Made by a program: the position numbers and the translations under genes
NCBI GenBank assembly: GCA_964016885.1
Contig: OZ024745.1
Span: forward strand, 116,250,001-116,314,000
Direction: 5' to 3'
Origin: Eledone cirrhosa
Taxonomy: Eukaryota
DNA length: 64,000 nucleotides
The notes under the pieces: model-generated
What the model was told of the DNA's origin: nothing
Databases searched by the model: none
The model's input: only the letters and a program-made list of their open reading frames with translations
Shown here: positions 55,161-64,000 of the stretch, in pieces
Numbering within the stretch: the stretch's first letter is position 1
Layout: each line of letters begins with the position of its first letter

Positions 55161-57535
55161 TGGTTTCTCATTTAGGCACATGGTCAACAATAATTGGGGG
55201 GAGGGGAGGGGAAGTCTATTAAATCGACTCCAGTGCATTATTGTTGCTTAAAGATGAAAGACAGAGCTAACCTTGATGGGATTGCCTTTGACCCTTACGC
55301 AGTCGACCATATAAAGTAATGCACTGGGGTCTATTTACACGACTTTTTCTTTCCCCAACAATTGTTGGTTATGTGCCTAAATCAGAAACCATTAAGTTAT
55401 TTATTCTTCATTGGGATTCTTTTAAAGCATTGTTCACGAATCTATGACGATTAGATTTTTGTTCACATTTTAATAAGTGTTTCTACTTTTGGCACAAGGC
55501 CACCAATTACCTCAATGTATTACTGGTACTTTATTTTAACGACCTCGTATGGATGAAAGGCAAAGAAATATTGCTGCAATTAAATAAAAAAACTGAATCA
55601 AAACCACTACAGAAAATACCTTCGTACCAGATATCATTCAACGGTGGTCTTTGTGCAAATAATATCAAAGGTATGATAATTTTATTTTTCTAACCCACCC
55701 AACCACTTACAAGCCTAAGTTACACAAAACTCACCAGACAAAATACATTTACTCAGTTAAATAAAATTGAAATATAAATTTAAACCACAATCGTAACGCC
55801 TTCATACCAGAGACTGTTCCACGCCAATCTTAGATCACACAATATTTTTTTAAATCCTTCTTCCTTTTTCTCTTTCTCGTAGTCTTTGATAAACTTTTAA
55901 TTCTCTCATTAGCTGTATCGGTAGAGGATCAGATGCCATGCTTTGTAGCATAGAGTTACGGCCCTTTGCAATCTGAGTTCAAATCCCGCCGATGTTAACT
56001 TTGCCTTCCATCCTTACGGGGTCGATAAAATAAAGCACCAGTAATATACTGGAGTAATTGCTGGCCTTGTGCCAACAATAGAAACAATTATTACGTTCAT
56101 TTTTCTTTTATATGATTTTGTTTCATTACATACTTTCCTCACATTCGCCGCCGCTCCTGTGTTTTTTTTTACCACATTTGGTTCCTCACTTCTTTATCAA
56201 CTTCGTCTATATTCCTATTCCTATTATTCAATACCTGTAGAATCCATTCGCCTTTTAATACCATATCCTCTCTGTTTCTGTATACTCATTTTTCTTGTAT
56301 CGTTTCATAACACTTTACTCTTTTCCAGCCTCTTTCTCTAATTTACATCTCTTTCCTCTATGTCAATTACACAATTAAAGGGAAATCTATTTATCTATAT
56401 AGTGCCTATAATTCACAACTCCTTCATAATACATCTACTCACGCCCATCCTTCATTATTTTATCAATTTTATCACTACCTTTCTTCATCTTATTTAATGT
56501 TCTTATATTCCTTTATTTAACTCGTGGTTCCTCAGATTCATTTTATATAATTTTTCTTCATTCTTTTTTTTTTCTATTTTCCACAAATTACTTTTTCCGT
56601 TTCCCCACAAATTTGCATATTTTTGTAACTTAGTTTTCGTTCTATCTTCCTATGTCACTCCTTCTCTTCTTGCACACTTCCATTCTACCCCTCTCTTCCT
56701 CCACCTTCTTCTCTCTATTACTACCCTCTCTCTCTTCCTCTCGCTGTCTGTCTTTCCGTTACTATGAAGTTTTCAGTAGCACTATTAAGATTACAGTAAC
56801 GATACATGTGAAAAAAATGAGGATTGCTAAAAAGACAATCTATGATATAGATATCAAATAGATAACATATAGAGATAAAATATACGAAGAAATGGCGGAA
56901 AAGTATTGTTGTAAAGATACATCAATCCTTGACTTTCTTTGATATTCTCCCTCTTCTTGTCGCTCCGATTATAGCCGTATTTCATTTTATATTAATTTAA
57001 ATCAATTACAATAATTTTCTTCCATATTGTCGTTAGTTATTGGATATATATATATATATATATATATCCGTTACTTTAAGATGAATGTGTTCTATTTATT
57101 TGCTAATCATTCTAACTCACTATCTATTTTTGGATCTCCATTGCGTTTTGATCTATTGTGTTGTGGTTGTTGTCTAAAGATGAATCACTGGTAAGTATAT
57201 ATAAAGAGATAACTATAGATTGAGAGTCAGATAGATACATTAAGAGGTATCTAGATATATATGTATATATGGGTATATGTTGTATATGGGAGTGAAGGAT
57301 CTCTAGCCTTCGTCAGAGCACATTTCTAGGAAAAGCAACTCAGGAAACTGGGATAACTCCGACATAAAACCTGCGGCTCAGTAGATACCGATGATGTTGA
57401 TCTTTTCTTATTTTCGGGTTATAGCTACTGTCGTTCAGAGAGTGGGATTGGCTCAGTGCACAGTCTTTCCTCACTTTAAAAAAAATCTTCACGCACAGAC
57501 ATTGCACGAAAGCATTAATTAATCATTATTATTAA

Positions 57536-57880
57536 TGTCGGTGGATTGGCAGTATCGGTAAGGGTCGGACGCCATGCTTTGAAGCATAGAGTTACCTCCC
57601 TTTATGATCTGAGTTCAAATCCCGCCGAGGTTAACTTTGCCTTTCATCCTTACGGGGTCGATAAAATAAAGTACCAGTAATGCACTGGAATAATTGCTGG
57701 CCTTGTGCCAAAAGTAGAAACAATTATTATTAATGTCGGTGGATTGGCAGTATCGGTTGAGGGTCGGGCGACATGCTTTGATGCATAGAGTTACGGCCTT
57801 TGCCATTCTTAGTTCAAATCCCGCCGAGCTTAACCTTGCCTTTCATCCTTACGAGGTCGATAAAATAAAGTACCAGTAAT
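57536..57880 (+). mobile_element. Two tandem SINE copies
   Basis: Both start ATTATTAATGTCGGTGGATTGGCAGTATCGG. Confidence 0.85.
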
Positions 57881-57997
57881 GAAGTTCTAGTTAACTTTAT
57901 TTAGTTACCTACCTAGCTATGTGTGCTTGCACACTTGTAAAAATTATCCCCTGTGATTTTTTCATATATTTTAATATGTTAATCAATTTCTAGTTGT

Positions 57998-58028
<31 letters not shown>

Positions 58029-58029
58029 G

Positions 58030-58270
58030 GATTTAGAAAAAATGAACCTAAGGATTAAAGTAATAGAAAATCCAGGAGAAGTAGGACACACCCCTGAGGA
58101 AACTCCCTGTACTTATGGAAACTTTAGAGTCTGTAAAGTAAACGGACTAATAAGTTAGAAATGTAGACTGTAACTACGATGCTAAGAGGGACTGTGCAGA
58201 AAGAAGATAAAGACATACATTGGAGAGAGATGAAAGGAACACTGATGAGAAGGTAAGGGTGGGAAGCCTT
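58030..58270 (+). pseudogene. Possible decayed PLE GIY-YIG fragment
   Basis: LRIKVIENPG..PCTYGNFRVC then (other frame) LCRKKIKTYIGE, with stops. Abuts (TA)n(GA)n. Confidence 0.35.
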
Positions 58271-58917
58271 CATCAGTGCTATACCAAAATGCGATACTGG
58301 AAAACGGGGCCTCTATAGATGCTGTCCACACAGAGTTGACGCAACACAGAAACATTAGAGAGGCTACATATATAATAGCAGATACTGCTAAACTGAACAG
58401 AAAACACGAGAGGAATGGTAACCGGTCACAACTTAAAAAGTGAAGACAGAATCAGGGGATAAGAAGACAACAACAGCAGAAGATACTAAGCCACACACAC
58501 ACATATATTACACACAGAGATATAACAATACAAAGACACACAAACACAGACGAAGGCGCAGGTGCAAACACATGCGCAGAATCGAATCACGGAGCAGATC
58601 GATGCTGGAGCCAGATCTGTGACATGAAGGAGGATCTGAAGCCGACCATCCGTGAAACTAGGGTAACGGTCGATATACAATAAAACAGGTTAAAATGAAA
58701 CATCGTCACATCGTACTTCACACACACACACATAATATATATAAATGCCAGACAAACCAAAACAGAAATACAAACCCTCCATCTCAATTTTACTTTTGAA
58801 AATCATAAGAACCGTGAAAGCGGTAAAGTAAATAAATATTCTTAAAAAACTCCAGTTGCATTTTCAATTTCTTTTCCTTATACGTGCAGGACATCTCTTT
58901 AAAAAAACTCATTTTCT

Positions 58918-58942
<25 letters not shown>

Positions 58943-58948
<6 letters not shown>

Positions 58949-59151
58949 TTATTAAATAACAGATTAAAGTTTAAGCAAAGAATCGGTGCTTTCACCCTTA
59001 ACGAGATCCCGTTAAGAGTGAAAGCAGCGATTCTTTGCTTAAACTTTAATCTGTTATTTAATAAATATTTGCTCTACGGTTCTTATATATTTGATATATA
59101 TTTATCCTTACTGAGCCCTCTTTGGATTTTAGTCTTCAAATTTATTATTAT

Positions 59152-59155
<4 letters not shown>
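58943..59155. mobile_element. Family B mini-element (inversion centred on GATC at the core/stem II boundary)
   Basis: ..TTTCACCCTTAACGAGATCCCGTTAAGAGTGAAAG.. with arms matching 41260-41323 and full tail. (TA)n flanks. Confidence 0.75.
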
Positions 59156-59189
<34 letters not shown>

Positions 59190-59569
59190 CTGAGTTCGGT
59201 CTTTTTCTCTTTTTCATCGCTATGGTCACTGCGGCCCTTCTATCGGTCGCTGCCTTCATTTTGCAAAGCTGTCTAAAAGTAATGTTATAACTCTAGGGGT
59301 TTATACCCTACCGAGTGCTTAGCTGCACATCGAAACTGCATTCGTTAGCTTGGCTGCAACCATGGCTTCGTTGATGCTCTACTAAATTCTGTATATATAT
59401 ATATATATAATATATATATATAATTAATTACATAATAAACAACACAATATGATTATTCCCTTACCAAGGGATTCAAGAAATTAGACGATCTTAACAGAAA
59501 CGAGTAGAGCGTTCATCAGATGAAATAATTATGTTTCGTATATAAGTTTTGAAATTGATATTTATATTA

Positions 59570-59900
59570 TTATTTTAGCGAGGTTTTTTATATGAAATCG
59601 TGTGTCGAAACAGATATTGTTATACTTGGGGAGGGTCAAAAATATAACACCACTGACGATGTTGCAGATGTGTAACGAAAGATTTATGTAAATTATGTAA
59701 ACTATATATATGTGTTTGTGTCTATATTGTATCTGTATCATTTTTGACCGTCGGTCAGTCAATGGCAACATTGAGGACCGAGTAAGTTAGATCGCAGATA
59801 TAAAAGACAGCGAGAAGCGAAAACCAACCAAACAGTGAGTGTGTTCTGTTATTAATTCTGGCAATATTACACAAATATGACCCTCCCCAAGTATAACGAT
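59570..59900. mobile_element. Repeat family with partial hammerhead core and inverted tail (sibling ~39995-40270)
   Basis: CTGACGA-T-GTTGCA GATG TG(C/T)AAC-GAAA in both copies. 59575-59638 is the reverse complement of 40205-40270. Stems I and III not resolved. Confidence 0.55.
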
Positions 59901-61591
59901 ATATTATTATTGATATCTTATTAAATAGCCCTGTACTATACATAGTGCACTCTTCTTTCCTTTACCTTTACTACGGAAATACTTAAAACACAACACACAC
60001 ACACACATATATATATATGTATGTGTGTGTGAATGTGTGTGTGTGTGTATGTGTGTGTGTAAGTGTGTTTATTTTTAATCATTTTATTCATTAGGCAGTG
60101 TCACTGTGTTGCGATGTCTGAAAAGCCACTCCCTTTGAATTAGAGCAACAGTCCCTCCCACTAGTTTCCAGTCTCCGTCTACCCAAATTCCCTCCTCTCT
60201 GGTTCATATGAGGTCGCATTAAACAACACTTATAATTGCCACACATTGGGGTCTCAGCCGGGACTTTACGATTGAGAAGTGAACTTCTGAAGCATACGGT
60301 TCCACTTGCGTCCATGTATCACTAATACCTTCACATATAAAGATAACAGAACCTTCAACAGAAAGGCAGGAAAATTCGAAATCTCAGCATCATTCATTCG
60401 TGGCTTCCTTAAGAAAAGAAAATATAATAGATAAGCTATGTTTATCATTATGCAGTTTTCTACTGGCCGACCAATTCTTACACACCTGAACTGTTATATT
60501 AAGATGAAGAAGAGCTTCAGCCAAAACATCGAATATGAGATAAAAGGCAAGAACTATAATGATAAGATCACCACATTTTTCATAGCAGTGCCGCATATCT
60601 TTTCAAAGTATTTCCTCTCTAGAACAAAATCAAGGATATCAAAAAGACAGGATCAGTAAGCAAGAAACACGCATTCATACTAACAGTGAATAACAGGTTA
60701 CAATAACATAAAAGATAGAAAACTAAGCGTGTATTACTATTCAACTATCCAGCTCTAACAATGATCTTACTATAGATAGTTGAAAATAAAAACAGAAGCA
60801 AGCGATAAGCAAAAGAAAACTAATATTGTCAATGTGTAGTCCAGCGATAAGCAAAAGAAAGAGCAACTAATATTGTCAATATGTAGTCCATAACCATAAA
60901 GTTATAGGTTGAAGTGAATACATTGAAATACTAGCGGCAAACATACTCCATCCTAAATCTAAATAATTTGATCTCTATACATTATATTCTTACTGTAATA
61001 GTATATGAACAAAATTATCCCAACAGATGACTCATAATACACAATCATTCATTTAGTAAATAACTATCACAAAATACACTTGGATACTACGATAGAACAT
61101 TAGAAATGAAAACATCTAATAAAAAAGCCAAATAACATAAAACACGGGATAAACCAAAACGTATCAAACATCTGTATTGAACACAATGCGTACCCACTTC
61201 TTCCATTAAAGCAATTTAAAAAGTATAAAGACCTACATAGAATATTGTAAAACCCTTTGGCATCAACAAAGTAAACTTGATTATTTGCTACTCAAGAGGA
61301 AGGGGTCAAATATATGATAAAGCAATTCCAATACAACAAAAACACAGTCTGACAAATTATTAGTTTCTGCTGTAGACACTAGGCCAACAAGCTGGGAGAG
61401 GAAACATCGATTGAATCGACCCCAATAACAACATATATATATTTCCGATAAGGGTACAACAAAACCTGTTCTCTGGCCACAAAATATTTAATTGATACAT
61501 TCACAGACAATAACAGGAAATCTACATAACTAATTCAACCAGAATGTCACATATTCATATTACAAGTGGAGAAGACTAAAAAATCATTATT

Positions 61592-62280
61592 TGGTGGATT
61601 GGCAGTATCGGTAGAGGATCGGACGCCATGCTTTGACGCATAGAGTTACGGCCCTTGCCATTCTGAGTTCAAATCCCGCCGACGTTAACTTTGCCTTTCA
61701 TCCTTACGGGGTTGATAAAATAAAGTACCAGTCATGCACTGGGATAATTGCTGGCCTTGTGCCAAAAGTAGAAACAATTATTTGGTGAATTGGTAGTATC
61801 GGTAGAGGGTCGGACGCCATTATTTGCAGCAAAGAGTTACGGCACTTTATGGTCTGAATTCAAATCCCGCCAATGTTAACTTTGCCTTTCATTCTTACGT
61901 GGTCGATAAAATAAAGTACCAGTAATGTACTGGGTGATTGCTGGCCTTGTGCCAAAAGTAGAAACAATTATTTATTAGCACAGGCTGTCTACAGAAAAGG
62001 TTAATAAAAGGAATGAAAAATGGTGAAAATTCTCATTAAGCGCATTATTATGTACATTATTGGTGGATTAGCAGTATAGGTAGAGCATCGGATGCCATAA
62101 TTTGCAGTATAATGTTACGGCCCTTTACGTTCTCAGTTCACATCCCCCCGAGGTTAGTTTTGCCTTTCATTCTAACGGGATCGATAAAATAAAGTACCAG
62201 TAATCCACTGGGGTCAATTTAATTGACTTCCCCTCCCCTTCAAAATTGCAGGCCTTGTGTCTCAAAAAGAAACAATTATT
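61592..62280 (+). mobile_element. Three SINE copies (two directly tandem)
   Basis: 61592-61782, 61782-61972 and 62060-62280. Confidence 0.85.
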
Positions 62281-64000
62281 ATGTACATCACTTGATAAAC
62301 ACAAGCAACCAATTCCAGGTTACATATTGTATAAAAGATCAACTACCTGTCAAGTATGTTTCATCTGTTTGTGACCCATGTTCATTACAGAAAGGTACAA
62401 CAAGAGTGATATAGCACCCTTCACTTTACCATACATTGAAGAGACAAACATAATTCCCCCAATTAAAAAGTGTGCATTAAATAAAACACGTTTCTAGGAG
62501 ACATTTCATTCTTATACTGTCCCTACCACACATACACATGCGGAAAGAGTTTAGAAAGAGAAAACAATGCAGCATGTACAGTCATCGCCAATGTAGTTTA
62601 TATTATAACCGTTTGTATGCGGGAGTCCATGTAGAGACGGCAAATTGCTAGATTGTTTAGAAACTCGTACAGAATCCTTTCCTTTATTCGCTACAGCATT
62701 CTACGCTCTCTGTTCAAATTCCGCTGCGGTCAATATCATCCGTTAGAGATCGATAAACACTTACTTGTCTAGTATCTACAATATTACTTCTGCCACAGGA
62801 TCTCGCTCTAGTACTGCAATTTATTGAAATCACTAGTGCCGGAGTTAAGGATATTCTGAGTTAATGTTGTTTATACGACATTTATAAGGTTTAAAATTAA
62901 TGGGAAAGTATGATTAGCTGCACCAGAAGACAAGATTGAAAGAATCTAATTCCTAAATTGATTCATTACGAGACTACATTCAAAGAAAATATTTAATCAT
63001 GTGCTTTCTATGTTTTCTATTGCTCCAGGATATATGTTTTTGAAAGTAACTATTAAAGAAACATTAACTTACATAATATTATGCTATATGCCGGCTCTTT
63101 AACCTAATGTATTATAAAAGATATACTTAAGATTAAAGACATATATTTAAATGAAAATGGCGTAGATACATTTAATAGCCGCCCTTTTGAATATATATAG
63201 TCTATATTCATTTTTTATAGGTTACCCTTATAATATGGATGCATTCTTATATAGTGCTAGATTAAATTGAAATATGTCATGAACAGCAATTCATGTCATC
63301 ATGCGAGTGGTTTGCGTCTAATGTGTAGGGGAAAACCGAACGTTAAAATTTGTGTAGTGTTACTTTTATTTCCACCGAAGATACGTAAAATAGGCCAGAG
63401 AAAATACGAGGTATTCAGAGATTTCTAAATGTAAATGATTATGCTTATGACTTGCTGTCTATATGTGGAATACAATATCTACAGTGAACATAAACCAGAA
63501 GAAACTGTATCCAATTCATCCATGATTACCTAATTCTCATGTTCACCCATTTCTTCAAATATAAGAGCCAGCTTTATAGCTCAACACCTCAATTTCTCCA
63601 AACCACTCATATTTTCTTTTCATGTCTCGATGTTAAGTATGTACGTATCTACACTTCAATAGTAACTATTACAATCTTCAAACCAATTTTCCTTCAATAT
63701 TGTTAAGACATCGGAATAGATGAGGAAAATTGATATTGGCTTTATTTCTGAAAAGATTTTATTTCTGATACTGTTCCTAGCAGTAAACAGCGGAGGATGA
63801 AAGGCAATGAATTATTAGTATTGCCAAATGAATGGGTAATTTGAGAGCGAAAATGTGTGTTTGTATTATTGTTAAGTTATAATACCACAAGTGAGAAAAT
63901 GATGCACTACTAATTGAAATAGGAAAAACACATGCAAATAGCCAATATCTCATTAAGGCAATTAACATTTTCTCCAAGAGTATTTCGGTTTATCTCTTCA

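Noticed and set aside
57536-57640. tRNA genes
   Set aside because: A and B boxes belong to SINE heads that continue into the SINE body. No full cloverleaf.

Overview
AT-rich, microsatellite-dense eukaryotic DNA with no convincing host gene. The abundant tRNA-derived SINE suggests an octopod cephalopod (from my recollection of octopus repeats, not a search). The window holds a long, 5'-truncated Penelope-like retroelement (PLE) ORF with RT plus C-terminal GIY-YIG, Naiad-like (13224-15560, -), several other PLE fragments, an inverted RTE-like LINE remnant, a Helitron remnant, hAT- and mariner-like MITEs, about 25 SINE copies, and three homogeneous satellites (89, 47-49 and 40 bp) set in a much larger decayed ~50-bp array. 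The most striking signal is that many short unique islands between (TA)n tracts are PLE terminal (pLTR/tail) pieces. These carry about 20 type I hammerhead ribozyme motifs of roughly a dozen sequence types, including non-canonical cores (U3-A8 covariation, U4C, U4A). Most are arranged as two arms with 3' ends pointing outward into (TA)n. The inversion junctions repeatedly fall in the ribozyme core or stem II, and the short arms repeatedly end at the same internal AT-rich site. This suggests dual priming on the self-complementary (TA)n target with ribozyme-hairpin-guided joining. All structures were folded by eye and none were tested.
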